A stretch of DNA of 64,000 bases. Origin: an uncultured Flavobacteriaceae bacterium (GTDB lineage: Bacteria > Bacteroidota > Bacteroidia > Flavobacteriales > Flavobacteriaceae). The notes beneath the pieces are model-generated. The model was given only the letters and a program-made list of their open reading frames with translations. It made no database searches and was not told the DNA's origin. The stretch covers positions 147,940 through 211,939 of the forward strand of contig CAWEUV010000001.1 in assembly GCA_963812405.1 (NCBI GenBank). Direction: 5' to 3'. Shown piece by piece: positions 46,524 through 56,368 of the stretch (positions are counted from its first letter, which is position 1; the number at the start of each line of letters is the position of its first letter). The translations under genes and the position numbers were made by a program.

Positions 46524-47348
46524 TTAAAGATTGTTTTTGGATAAATAAAAATCTACTGCTTTTCGAACACTTCCGTTCGTTTCCAAAAGTAGTTTTGCTT
46601 CGTCATACGAAACGGGAATTTCGCCCATTATCATACGAACGCCGCGGTCAATCAGTTTTACATTGCTCAATTGCATGTCGACCATTTTGTTGCCTTTCAC
46701 TTTTCCTAACTGAATCATCGTAGCAGTGGAAATCATGTTTAAAACCAATTTCTGAGCGGTTCCAGCTTTCATTCGGGAGCTTCCGGTTACGAATTCTGGT
46801 CCTACAACCACTTCGATTGGAAATTGTGCGGTTTGGGATAGCGGACTTCCTTCGTTACACGTAATGCAGCCGGTTGTGATGTTGTTTTCGTTGCATTTTT
46901 CCAATCCGCCAATAACATATGGGGTTGTTCCCGAAGCGGCAATTCCGATGACTACATCCTTTTCGTTAATGCTCCATTCAGACAAGTCTTTCCATGCTTG
47001 ATTTTTGTCGTCTTCGGCAAATTCCACCGCTTTACGAATCGCTGTGTCTCCTCCGGCAATCAGTCCGATAACCATATCAAAAGGAACGCCGAAAGTAGGC
47101 GGACATTCGGAAGCATCTACAATTCCCAAACGTCCGGAAGTTCCTGCACCGATGTAAAACAAACGTCCGCCGTTTTTCATCTGCGACACAATTCTGGAAA
47201 CCAAAGCTTCAATTTGCGGTAACGCTTTTTCTACAACAAGCGGAACGGTTTTGTCTTCCTTGTTGATGTTGGTCAGTAAATCCTGTACCGACATTTTTTC
47301 CAAATGTTCGTATTTCGAGGATTGTTCGGTGGTTTTGGTAAATGACAT
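46524..47348 (-). CDS. murQ: N-acetylmuramic acid 6-phosphate etherase
   Basis: YIGAGTSGRLG, DASECPPTFG, GPEFVTGSSRMKAGTAQKLVLNMIST; ATG at 47348. Confidence 0.95.
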   Translation of the reverse strand: MSFTKTTEQSSKYEHLEKMSVQDLLTNINKEDKTVPLVVEKALPQIEALVSRIVSQMKNGGRLFYIGAGTSGRLGIVDASECPPTFGVPFDMVIGLIAGGDTAIRKAVEFAEDDKNQAWKDLSEWSINEKDVVIGIAASGTTPYVIGGLEKCNENNITTGCITCNEGSPLSQTAQFPIEVVVGPEFVTGSSRMKAGTAQKLVLNMISTATMIQLGKVKGNKMVDMQLSNVKLIDRGVRMIMGEIPVSYDEAKLLLETNGSVRKAVDFYLSKNNL

Positions 47349-47351
47349 TTT

Positions 47352-47391
47352 TTGAGTTTCTGAGTTGTAAAGTCTCAAAGTTACAAAGTTT
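47352..47391. repeat. Degenerate 8-nt tandem array upstream of murQ
   Basis: TTGAGTTT CTGAGTTG TAAAGTCT CAAAGTTA CAAAGTTT. Confidence 0.6.
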
Positions 47392-47417
47392 TTGCTTATG
47401 GTTTACTGGATAAAGTG

Positions 47418-48116
47418 TTACATAAAATACGCTAACACAATTCCCAGAACAATGGCAGTAAGTTTGGCCAGGTTGAATTTATGGCCTTCACTGGTTTCGA
47501 AAATAATAGTGGAGGAAATATGAAACAGGATTCCGATTACAAATGCGGTAATTTCTGCCTGATAATGAACAATAAAGGGCAGTTTTTCAGAAAATATGGT
47601 TCCTAATGGCGTCATGATAGCAAAAGTTAGCATGAACAGTAAAATGGACTGTTTGTTTAAATGTGATGTGCTGAAAAATGTGGTTAAAATAATCGCGATA
47701 GGGAAGTGGTGTACTGCAATTCCCCAAGCCAAATCGTTGTTCTGGCTCACCGGCATGCCTTCCAGCAATGCGTGCAGACACAAACTGATGAACAACGACC
47801 ACGGAATGTGATGCATAGTGTCATGCCCGTGTACGTGTCCGTGTTCAGCGCCTTGTGAAAAGTATTCCAATACAATCTGAAACACGATTCCGAACATAAT
47901 AAAAAATCCGATGCCACCGTGAACGTGTCCGTCGGCTTCCACATGATGGGTTGATTCGTAAACGGTTGGTAATAAGTGCGACACCGTCAGCGCCAATAAG
48001 AATGAACCGCTGAAAGCCAATAAAATCCTCAGACTTTTTTTGCTTTTCGGACGGAAAAACGTGGCAATCAAATAACCGAAAATAACCGAAAGTAATGGCA
48101 GTAGTAAGTACAGCAT
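47418..48116 (-). CDS. ZIP-family metal transporter
   Basis: LAFSGSFLL, His-rich loop HGHVHGH, HALLEG, HHFP, GILFHIS. Confidence 0.88.
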   Translation of the reverse strand: MLYLLLPLLSVIFGYLIATFFRPKSKKSLRILLAFSGSFLLALTVSHLLPTVYESTHHVEADGHVHGGIGFFIMFGIVFQIVLEYFSQGAEHGHVHGHDTMHHIPWSLFISLCLHALLEGMPVSQNNDLAWGIAVHHFPIAIILTTFFSTSHLNKQSILLFMLTFAIMTPLGTIFSEKLPFIVHYQAEITAFVIGILFHISSTIIFETSEGHKFNLAKLTAIVLGIVLAYFM

Positions 48117-48117
48117 A

Positions 48118-48861
48118 TTATTTAAAAATCATAATCAGACGTTCCGAATCGTTTTTATAGAATTTGCGCAGTTTGTAATCGCCGAAAACATCCAGAAGAT
48201 AAATTCCGGCCTCTTCCATCATCTGTTCAAAATCGCTTAAAGTTAAGGCTTTTACCTTTTCGGTGAAATGAAATTTTTGTCCTTTATCCTCAAAATCAAT
48301 TTCTTTAAAAATATGATTGTCTTTTACGTAGCGTTTGATATGAAAATCGATGCCTTCCACGGTTTTAACTTCTTCGGGAACCAGATTGTTAATCACATAA
48401 TTGGTATTCATAAAGTCAATCACCGCAAAGCCGTATTCTGAAAGGCTGTCGTGAATGGCTTTTAAGGTAGTCAGATTATCCTCGTCGTTTTCAAAATACC
48501 CGAAACTTGTAAATAGGTTAAATACCGCATCAAACTTTTCTTCGAACGGCAAACGCATGTCGTGCACTTTAAAATGCAGTTTGTCATTGGCCGCTGCCGA
48601 AGCTTCGGCGATGCTGTTTTCGGATAAATCGGCGCCGGTGACATCAAATCCCAAGGTGTTTAAATACATCGAATGGCGCCCTTTTCCGCAAGCCAAATCC
48701 AAAATTTTAGCATCTTCCGGAAGGTTTAAATAATGCGTAAGATTGTCCATGAAATGTTGCGCTTCCGCTTCATCACGGTCTTTGTATAAAATATGGTAAT
48801 AAGGAGTGTCGAACCAGGAGGCAAACCAGTTTTCGGTTGATTTATTTTGTATGTCTGACAT
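48118..48861 (-). CDS. Class I SAM-dependent methyltransferase
   Basis: ILDLACGKGRH, GADLS, HDMR, NLFTSFGYF. Confidence 0.9.
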   Translation of the reverse strand: MSDIQNKSTENWFASWFDTPYYHILYKDRDEAEAQHFMDNLTHYLNLPEDAKILDLACGKGRHSMYLNTLGFDVTGADLSENSIAEASAAANDKLHFKVHDMRLPFEEKFDAVFNLFTSFGYFENDEDNLTTLKAIHDSLSEYGFAVIDFMNTNYVINNLVPEEVKTVEGIDFHIKRYVKDNHIFKEIDFEDKGQKFHFTEKVKALTLSDFEQMMEEAGIYLLDVFGDYKLRKFYKNDSERLIMIFK

Positions 48862-48923
48862 GTATTCTTCTGTTGGAGGATAATTAATCTTGCAAATTTA
48901 ACGTATTTTTGCCGATGTAATCC

Positions 48924-48965
48924 AATTTAGAAATCAGAATTCGGAAATTAGAATTTTGAAGTTAC
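48924..48965 (+). repeat. Degenerate 7-nt tandem array
   Basis: AATTTAG AAATCAG AATTCGG AAATTAG AATTTTG AAGTTAC. Confidence 0.6.
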
Positions 48966-49062
48966 GATTGAAACGCCTATTAATATACATTCTTCCTATT
49001 TATATGAAAAGGCGTTCCTGACGACCTTGGGCAAACAATAACTTTTCGGAAGAAATTAAATT

Positions 49063-50232
49063 ATGGAACAGAATTTTAAAATGATTGCCAAAACCTTTTT
49101 TGGCTTCGAAGAAATATTAGCAAAAGAGTTGCAGCAATTGGGCGCTCAAAATGTCGAAATGGGAACCCGAATGGTGAGTTTTGTGGGGGATAAAGGCTTT
49201 ATGTACAAAGCGAATTTAGCGTTGCGTACGGCTTTAAAAATCCTGAAACCCATTTATCAGTTCCGCGCGTTTAATGAAGCGAGTTTGTACAAAGGTATTC
49301 AGGGTATTGATTGGTCGCAGTATTTGAATGCACATCAGGCTTTTGTGGTGGATGTAACCTTGCATTCGGAACATTTTAACCATTCGCAATTCGTGGCGTT
49401 AAAAACCAAAGATGCGATTGTGGATCAGTTCCGCGATAAATTCGGAAAACGTCCTAACATCGATAAGGATTTTCCCGATTTACGTATCAACATTCATATT
49501 GACCGTGACCAATGTTCGGTTTCTTTAGACAGTTCCGGAGATTCTTTGCACCATCGTGGTTATAAAACCGCTACGAATATCGCTCCAATTAACGAAGTGT
49601 TGGCAGCAGGAATGCTGTTGCTTTCCGGTTGGGACGGACAAGGCGATTTTATCGATCCGATGTGCGGTTCGGGAACGATTTTGGCGGAAGCAGCGATGAT
49701 TGCCTGCAACATTCCGGCGAACATTAACCGTAAAGAATTCGCATTCGAGCGTTGGAGTGACTGGGATAACGAGTTATTCGACCAGATCATGAATTCGTTG
49801 ATGAAGAAAGTAAAAGAGTTTCATTATACGATTACGGGTTACGACAAAGCGCCGTCTGCGGTAATGAAAGCGAAAGACAATATCAGAAATGCGAATTTGG
49901 ATGAATATGTGAAGATTTACGAGCGTAATTTCTTCGACACCGAAAAAGAAACCCGCGGACCGTTGCATATGGTGTTCAATCCGCCTTACGGAGAACGTTT
50001 GGATATTGAAATGGAGCGTTTTTACAGAGAAATCGGCGATACGTTAAAACAAAGTTATCCGGGAACAAACGCGTGGTTCATTACTGCGAATTTAGAAGCG
50101 CTGAAATTCGTTGGTTTAAAACCCTCCCGAAAAATCAAACTGTTCAACGGAAAACTGGAAGCTCGTTTGGTGAAATACGAAATGTATGAAGGAAGTAAAC
50201 GTACGAAGTTTCAGAATAGAGAAGAGGAATAG
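49063..50232 (+). CDS. THUMP-domain RNA methyltransferase (RlmL/YpsC-like)
   Basis: THUMP domain, SLHHRGY, APINEVLAA, DPMCGSGT, NPPYGER. Confidence 0.88.
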   Translation: MEQNFKMIAKTFFGFEEILAKELQQLGAQNVEMGTRMVSFVGDKGFMYKANLALRTALKILKPIYQFRAFNEASLYKGIQGIDWSQYLNAHQAFVVDVTLHSEHFNHSQFVALKTKDAIVDQFRDKFGKRPNIDKDFPDLRINIHIDRDQCSVSLDSSGDSLHHRGYKTATNIAPINEVLAAGMLLLSGWDGQGDFIDPMCGSGTILAEAAMIACNIPANINRKEFAFERWSDWDNELFDQIMNSLMKKVKEFHYTITGYDKAPSAVMKAKDNIRNANLDEYVKIYERNFFDTEKETRGPLHMVFNPPYGERLDIEMERFYREIGDTLKQSYPGTNAWFITANLEALKFVGLKPSRKIKLFNGKLEARLVKYEMYEGSKRTKFQNREEE

Positions 50233-50318
50233 TGGCTTCGAGAGCCACAGCCACCGAATAATCAGACGCAGTCGCAGTGATCAGTCTTTCAATTTATAAC
50301 TCATAAATTATAATTCAA
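50232..50318. repeat. REP-like GTGGCTTCGAGAGCCACAGCCACC element followed by short-period arrays
   Basis: GTGGCT pairs with AGCCAC at 50243 or 50249; CAG at 6-7 nt spacing (50263-50284); AATTTAT AACTCAT AAATTAT AATTCAA (50291-50318). Confidence 0.55.
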
Positions 50319-50321
50319 AAA

Positions 50322-50558
50322 ATGACTTTAAAAACAAAATCTATCGTATATAATTTTTTAGGCTTTGCCGTGTTGTTTACCATTATCCGTTTTGCCGTTT
50401 TGCCGGAGTTTACAAATCTTACAGGTATTCTATTACCTTTAACCGCATTTGTAGTAGCGACATTGTTAGCTCCTAAATTTCAGGCTATAAAAACCAATGA
50501 AGGCGAAAAGCTGTTTATGAAATGGTTGTTTATAAAAGGAGTGAAGGAGATTAAATAA
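50322..50558 (+). CDS. Small membrane protein
   Basis: Two TMs; LAPKFQAIKTNEGEKLFMKWLFIKG. Confidence 0.75.
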   Translation: MTLKTKSIVYNFLGFAVLFTIIRFAVLPEFTNLTGILLPLTAFVVATLLAPKFQAIKTNEGEKLFMKWLFIKGVKEIK

Positions 50559-50561
50559 AAT

Positions 50562-50602
50562 AAAAATCCCAAATTCTTTTAAAATTAGAATTTGGGATTT
50601 TT
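50562..50602. terminator. Bidirectional intrinsic terminator
   Basis: AAAAATCCCAAATTCT...AGAATTTGGGATTTTT. Confidence 0.8.
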
Positions 50603-50623
50603 CATATACTAAAAGTTGTAGTG

Positions 50624-51328
50624 TTACTTTTTACTCTTATACAAAGGAATAAAATAACTCAGCGTATAATTAAATCCGGCGCCAAATTTTCCGTCATAGG
50701 TTCGGTTAAACCCGGGAATGTATAAGTTGTCGAAGTTTTCAGGTTTCTTTTCAGAAACTAAGTAATTGATGCGTACTGAAACACCGAAGTATAGATTATT
50801 GAATAGTTCCGCTTTCATTCCGCCTACCAATTCAATCCAACTCGCGTTTAAACCATCATATTTTGTACCTGGAGTTATAGTGGTTTGTCCGAAATACGGA
50901 TTGGTATTGTAAACGGTATAACTGTTAAGCTCTTGCGAAAAAGAACTTACGCTATAACGCATTCCGGCATAAATCATGTTTTCCATGTCCAACCAGTTTT
51001 CGTAGGTATTGTAATCAAAACCTACTTTAAAATAGCCTCCTTTTGTGGTAAAGTTTAGTTGGTCGTCGTTAACTGTTTTGTTTTCATTTCCCAATTCTCC
51101 GGCGATATAGATTTTTTTGGTCAGACGATAATCGCCAACAACTTCAAAGCCTTTATAATCTTTATCGTAAAATGATTTGGCCAATCGGTGTAAATCGACC
51201 CCAACGCGAAGTCCGTATCGTTCGGTTCGTGCTTGTTTAACAGTATCTTTTGCCTGATTTTGTGCAAATGTTGATAAAGAAACCAACATTAAAGCCATAC
51301 TAAAAATAGATTTTAATGTGTGTTTCAT
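50624..51328 (-). CDS. DUF6048-family outer membrane beta-barrel protein
   Basis: Signal peptide from ATG 51328; RYGLRVGVDL, alternating aromatic strands, YIPGFNR. Confidence 0.75.
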   Translation of the reverse strand: MKHTLKSIFSMALMLVSLSTFAQNQAKDTVKQARTERYGLRVGVDLHRLAKSFYDKDYKGFEVVGDYRLTKKIYIAGELGNENKTVNDDQLNFTTKGGYFKVGFDYNTYENWLDMENMIYAGMRYSVSSFSQELNSYTVYNTNPYFGQTTITPGTKYDGLNASWIELVGGMKAELFNNLYFGVSVRINYLVSEKKPENFDNLYIPGFNRTYDGKFGAGFNYTLSYFIPLYKSKK

Positions 51329-51809
51329 TTTCGTTTTGAATATTAGGTTGTGATGCTTCAATAGGCGTTGTGGTGGAAATCCATAGACTGGAATCACCAT
51401 CGGTTAAAACCGGATTGTTGGCATCCAGTTGAAATACGGTTTTATAACCGCAGGCTCTTGATATAAAAACATCGGTTCTTGAATAATTGAAGGTTATGAT
51501 GTCAATATTGTCATTAGTCGCATCTTCATCGTTACCGTTTTGGATGAATTGGAACGTTGTGGTGTCTTCGTTCGTTTTCAGCGGAATTTTCATCTTACTG
51601 ACACCGTTAGCCGGTATGCCTGAATAACCTGTAGCAATGACTTTCAGATTGGTAACTGTTTTCAGATTCGTCGGATTCAATGCATCATAAAACTCAATTA
51701 CAACATTTGGCGTTGTAGGCGTTCCTTCGGTACATATATCATCTTTCTCGCAACCCCAAAAGGAATAGGCGATTAAGAACGAAAGGGCAACTATCTTGAT
51801 TTTTTTCAT
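51300..51809 (-). CDS. DUF6452-family lipoprotein
   Basis: Lipobox FWG-C then EKDDIC; FISRACGYKTVF; ATG at 51809. Confidence 0.78.
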   Translation of the reverse strand: MKKIKIVALSFLIAYSFWGCEKDDICTEGTPTTPNVVIEFYDALNPTNLKTVTNLKVIATGYSGIPANGVSKMKIPLKTNEDTTTFQFIQNGNDEDATNDNIDIITFNYSRTDVFISRACGYKTVFQLDANNPVLTDGDSSLWISTTTPIEASQPNIQNENETHIKIYF

Positions 51810-51810
51810 C

Positions 51811-51842
51811 TTCAAATTTTCAAATCTGTAAATTTTCAAATT
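51811..51842. repeat. Degenerate 8-nt tandem array
   Basis: TTCAAATT TTCAAATC TGTAAATT TTCAAATT fills the rlmD-DUF6452 gap. Confidence 0.65.
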
Positions 51843-51845
51843 GAT

Positions 51846-53258
51846 TTATCGTTTTTCCAAAAGTACAACATTTTCCACATGATGCGTTTGCGGGAACATG
51901 TCCACCGGACGCACACGGGTAACTTTGTACATTTCGTCCATCAAAGCCAAATCACGTGCCTGTGTAGCCGAATTACAGCTCACATACACCACTTTTTCAG
52001 GAGCAATGCTCAGAATTTGTTTCACTACATCAGCATGCATTCCGTCACGCGGCGGATCAGTGATAATTACATCCGGATGTCCGTGTGTTTTGATAAATTC
52101 GTCGTTGAATACGTTTTTCATATCTCCAACAAAGAATTCACAATTCGTAATGTTATTGCGTTTTGCGTTTTCTTTCGCATCGGCAATCGCTTCAGGAACG
52201 GCTTCCACACCAATTACTTTTTTCGCTTTTTTGGAAACGAATTGCGCAATGGTTCCGGTTCCGGTATATAAATCGTAAACCAATTCTTCGCCAGTTAATC
52301 CTGCAAATTCTCGTGTAATCGAGTACAATTCATAGGCTTGTGCCGAATTGGTCTGATAGAATGATTTCGCATTGATGCTGAAGTTCAAACCTTCCATTTC
52401 TTCCAAAATATAATCTCTTCCTTTGAACAGAATGATTTCTTGGTCGTATAAAGTATCGTTAGCTTTCTGATTTATAACGTATTGTAACGAAGTGATTTCC
52501 GGAAAACGTTCTGCTAAGAAATTCAGCAGTAATTCACGTTTTGCTTTGTCGTCTTCAAAAAACTGAATCAAAACCATGATTTCTCCAGTCGAAGCGGTGC
52601 GAATCATTAACGTACGCAACAAACCTTCATGGTTTCTCGGATTGAAGAACGACAGCTCGTTTTCATTCGCAAATCTTCGGATTTCATTACGAATATCGTT
52701 TGAAGGATCTTGCTGTAAATGACATTTTTGGATGTCCAGGATCTTATCCCACATTTTAGGTATATGGAATCCAACCGCATTTTTATTATCGAGTTCTGCT
52801 CCGCTGTCTACTTCTTCCTGCGTCATCCAACGGGAGCTGGAGAAACCGAATTCCATTTTATTTCTGTAGAAAAACTGTTCTTTTGAACCTAAAATTGGTT
52901 CGAAATCCGGTAATTCAATTTTTCCGATTCTTTTTAAATGATTGTAAACTTCCTGATTTTTATAGAACAACTGCTGTTCGTATTTCATGTTTTGCCATTT
53001 GCAGCCACCACAAGTACCAAAATGCTCGCAAACCGGCTCGGTACGATGTTCTGAAAACGAATGGAATTTTATTGCTTTTCCTTCAAAATAGGATTTACGT
53101 TTTTTGAATGTCTGAACGTCGACTACGTCACCAGGAACCACATTAGGTATAAAGATAACCTGACCTTCCGGAGCTTTTGCCACCGATACGCCTTTTGCAC
53201 CTGCATCAAGGACTTTTACGTTTTCGAATACGATTTTGTCTGTTTTTTTTCTTCCCAT
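51846..53258 (-). CDS. rlmD: 23S rRNA (uracil(1939)-C5)-methyltransferase
   Basis: TRAM domain, CEHFGTCGGCKWQ Fe-S motif, YRNK, SFYQTN, DLYTGTG, DPPRDG, YVSCNSATQARD, DMFPQTHHVE; ATG at 53258. Confidence 0.93.
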   Translation of the reverse strand: MGRKKTDKIVFENVKVLDAGAKGVSVAKAPEGQVIFIPNVVPGDVVDVQTFKKRKSYFEGKAIKFHSFSEHRTEPVCEHFGTCGGCKWQNMKYEQQLFYKNQEVYNHLKRIGKIELPDFEPILGSKEQFFYRNKMEFGFSSSRWMTQEEVDSGAELDNKNAVGFHIPKMWDKILDIQKCHLQQDPSNDIRNEIRRFANENELSFFNPRNHEGLLRTLMIRTASTGEIMVLIQFFEDDKAKRELLLNFLAERFPEITSLQYVINQKANDTLYDQEIILFKGRDYILEEMEGLNFSINAKSFYQTNSAQAYELYSITREFAGLTGEELVYDLYTGTGTIAQFVSKKAKKVIGVEAVPEAIADAKENAKRNNITNCEFFVGDMKNVFNDEFIKTHGHPDVIITDPPRDGMHADVVKQILSIAPEKVVYVSCNSATQARDLALMDEMYKVTRVRPVDMFPQTHHVENVVLLEKR

Positions 53259-53262
53259 GGGG

Positions 53263-53270
53263 CAAAAGTA
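53263..53270 (-). promoter_or_regulatory. -7 box (TACTTTTG) four nt upstream of the rlmD ATG
   Basis: Minus strand reads TACTTTTG-CCCC-ATG. Confidence 0.55.
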
Positions 53271-53434
53271 AGGATTGTATTTTGAAACGAGAAATTGAAA
53301 AGTATAAACTTGAAGGGTGACTGAATGCAAATATTCAAGTTTTTAATAAAATTTAATAAACATATTAACAGAATATTAATAGTAATTGGCAAATGGATGA
53401 AGTAACTTAGAAGGACATTTATAAGAGTCAAAAT

Positions 53435-54157
53435 ATGAAACGATTTATTATATTTTTCACGCTTTTTTTATTTCACTCCGCTATTTTCGGTCAATCCAAT
53501 TTGCATGGTCTTGTTCGCAGTAACGGTAATGCCATAGCCAATGTTGACGTAGTAAATGTTACTAAGAAAATTGCTAAAAAAACAAATGATAAAGGAGTCT
53601 TTTCGATTGCTGCCGTAGCGGGTGATGAAATTGTTTTTGTACTGAAGGATTACTACGAGAAAAAGATAAGAGTCTCCCCCGAACAATTGAATTCCAACGT
53701 TGCGTTCGAATTGGAGAAAAGAGGGATAGAACTTCAAGAGCTCGAAATTGAAAAAAGCCAGAAAATTAATGTTGATATGAGTTATGAATCGTTAAAGAAA
53801 GCAAAATTGGAGAACGAACAGTCAAAACCCAAAGTTATTGGTGTTTATACCGGCGAAATTGAATACGGAATGGATTTTGTCGAAATAGGAAACAAAGTTA
53901 TTAAATTCCTCGACAGACAACTGGCTCCAAAATTTGAGAAAGAGGCAAATGGAAAAGGGAAAAGTTTTAAAAATTATGTCAAAAGGGAGTTTCCAAATGA
54001 GTTTTTCATTACCAAATTAAACCTCAAAGAAAATGAAATAGATCCCTTTATCGATTTTTGTGAAAATGATTTAAAAGCTAAGCATGTTACCGATAAAAAC
54101 GGCGTTCTTGATGTGCTTGAATTTTTAATTGAAAAACGAAAAGAGTTCAAAAATTGA
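53435..54157 (+). CDS. Exported protein with a carboxypeptidase-regulatory-like N-terminal domain
   Basis: Signal peptide; LHGLV...TNDKGVFSIAAVAGDEIVF; no barrel. Confidence 0.7.
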   Translation: MKRFIIFFTLFLFHSAIFGQSNLHGLVRSNGNAIANVDVVNVTKKIAKKTNDKGVFSIAAVAGDEIVFVLKDYYEKKIRVSPEQLNSNVAFELEKRGIELQELEIEKSQKINVDMSYESLKKAKLENEQSKPKVIGVYTGEIEYGMDFVEIGNKVIKFLDRQLAPKFEKEANGKGKSFKNYVKREFPNEFFITKLNLKENEIDPFIDFCENDLKAKHVTDKNGVLDVLEFLIEKRKEFKN

Positions 54158-54226
54158 TAAAAACCACAATATTGTTGCAAAAACAGCTGCAAATCTCGTA
54201 CTTCGTATTTCTAATTTTGAAATAGT

Positions 54227-54778
54227 ATGTATCGTCACTTAGCGCTTTTACGCGGAATAAACGTTTCCGGACACAATATGATTAAAATGGATGCTTTGAA
54301 AACCTTACTTGAAAATGTAGGTTTTCAGAATGTGCAAACTTACATTCAGTCGGGAAATGTTTTTGTAGATTCGGAAGACGAAAATCCATCTTCTGTCGGA
54401 TTTAAAATCAAACAGGAAATTTTTAAAGCATTTGGTCATGAAGTTCCCGTAGTTGTTATCGGTAAAGAGGATTTGGAAGCCTGTTTTAAGAATAACGACT
54501 ATCTGAAAGAAACTGCTGCAGATATTAAAAAACTATATGTTGCCTTTATTTCCAGAGAATTGTCAGATGGTGCTTTGAACGATTTAAAAATCAGCCAGTT
54601 TAAACCCGACGAAGCTCGTATCGACAAGAGCCGGATTTACATCAAATATGCTGTTGGTGCCGGAAAAACAAGGCTGGATCAGAAATACATCGAAAAAAAA
54701 CTAAATGTAACGGCAACCATCAGAAACTGGAATACCGTTACAAATTTACTTTCTCTGTTTGAAGAACGCAACGGCTAA
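54227..54778 (+). CDS. DUF1697 family protein
   Basis: ALLRGINVSGHN, TYIQSGNV, TIRNWNT. Confidence 0.88.
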   Translation: MYRHLALLRGINVSGHNMIKMDALKTLLENVGFQNVQTYIQSGNVFVDSEDENPSSVGFKIKQEIFKAFGHEVPVVVIGKEDLEACFKNNDYLKETAADIKKLYVAFISRELSDGALNDLKISQFKPDEARIDKSRIYIKYAVGAGKTRLDQKYIEKKLNVTATIRNWNTVTNLLSLFEERNG

Positions 54779-55109
54779 CAATTTGGTTTGATTTCCGAAT
54801 TGTTGAGTGTTTTTATAAAAGCAATCAAATACAGATTCAACTCAGAATTTGAATGTTAGGAAAAATTTTACCTGATATTCTTAAATTGTTGTTTTTTATA
54901 ACAATTTTATTGCTTTTTGTTAACTGTCTGTAAAATAATTGATTCACTCATTTCTTGTTATATTTTTATAAATCAAGGGGTTTTTTGTTATAAAAACATT
55001 AAATTATGGTGTTAAAGTTTATTTTTTTCAATTTGAATTGTTAACTTGCACACAAATTAACCATTAAATAGTTACGTATAAAACAAAACTACTAAACCCC
55101 AATTTAATA

Positions 55110-56354
55110 ATGCAAGTTTTAGAAAAAATGAGTTCAGCAGAAGCAATTCAGTTAGAAGACAAATTCGGTGCACACAATTACCATCCGCTGCCGGTTGTTT
55201 TAAGTAAAGGAGAAGGAGTATATGTGTGGGATGTTGAAGGAAAACAATATTATGATTTTCTTTCGGCTTATTCTGCTGTAAACCAAGGACATTGTCATCC
55301 GAAAATTGTTGGTGCGATGATGGAACAAGCGCAAACGCTTACGTTAACATCGCGTGCTTTTTATAATGATAAATTGGGTGTTTATGAACAGTTTGTGACC
55401 AGTTATTTTGGTTTCGATAAAGTACTTCCGATGAATACCGGTGCCGAAGCTGTGGAAACAGCTTTGAAATTGTGCCGTAAATGGGCGTATGAGAAAAAAG
55501 GGATTCATGAGAATGAAGCGCAGATAATTGTTTGTGAAAATAATTTCCACGGAAGAACTACAACGATTATTTCGTTTTCAAACGATGAAAATGCCCGTAA
55601 GAACTTTGGTCCGTATACAGCAGGATTTATAAAAATCGCTTACGATGATATTGATGCTTTGGAAAAAGCAATTAGTTCTTCATCAAACATCGCAGGATTC
55701 TTAGTGGAGCCAATTCAAGGTGAAGCGGGAGTTTATGTGCCTTCTGAAGGATATTTGGCGAAAGCAAAAGCATTGTGTGAAAAACATAATGTGCTTTTTA
55801 TTGCTGATGAGGTTCAAACCGGAATTGCACGTACCGGAAAAATATTAGCGGTTCATCATGAAAATGTACAACCGGACATTTTGATTTTAGGAAAAGCTTT
55901 GTCAGGTGGTGTGTATCCGGTTTCAGCAGTATTAGCAAATGATGCTATTATGAATGTAATCAAACCGGGACAACACGGATCTACTTTTGGCGGAAACCCT
56001 ATTGCTGCAGCTGTGGCTATCGCTGCTTTAGAAGTGGTAACGGATGAGAAATTAGCTGAAAATGCAGATAAATTAGGAAAACTATTCCGTTCTGAGATTG
56101 GGAAGTATATCGAAACATCGAATATTGCAACATTGGTACGAGGAAAAGGGTTGCTTAACGCAATCGTAATTAATGATACCGAAGAAAGCGACACTGCATG
56201 GAATATTTGTATGGCTTTGCGTGATAATGGATTGTTGGCAAAACCAACCCACGGAAACATTATTCGTTTTGCGCCGCCTTTAGTTATGAATGAAGAGCAA
56301 TTGTTAGATTGCGTGCGTATCATTACAATGACATTGAAGCAATTTGAAAAATAA
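55110..56354 (+). CDS. rocD: Ornithine--oxo-acid aminotransferase
   Basis: [60 protein letters not shown]. Confidence 0.95.
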   Translation: MQVLEKMSSAEAIQLEDKFGAHNYHPLPVVLSKGEGVYVWDVEGKQYYDFLSAYSAVNQGHCHPKIVGAMMEQAQTLTLTSRAFYNDKLGVYEQFVTSYFGFDKVLPMNTGAEAVETALKLCRKWAYEKKGIHENEAQIIVCENNFHGRTTTIISFSNDENARKNFGPYTAGFIKIAYDDIDALEKAISSSSNIAGFLVEPIQGEAGVYVPSEGYLAKAKALCEKHNVLFIADEVQTGIARTGKILAVHHENVQPDILILGKALSGGVYPVSAVLANDAIMNVIKPGQHGSTFGGNPIAAAVAIAALEVVTDEKLAENADKLGKLFRSEIGKYIETSNIATLVRGKGLLNAIVINDTEESDTAWNICMALRDNGLLAKPTHGNIIRFAPPLVMNEEQLLDCVRIITMTLKQFEK

Positions 56355-56368
56355 GAATTTATAGTTTT

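Noticed and set aside
48952-49041. 29-codon open stretch after the heptad array, considered as a four-helix-bundle gene fragment
   Set aside because: No start codon and no convincing match to the family motifs I know.
54779-55109. 331-bp intergenic region as a possible ncRNA or riboswitch upstream of rocD
   Set aside because: Very AT-rich, with no stable stems or known riboswitch motifs visible; most simply a promoter region.
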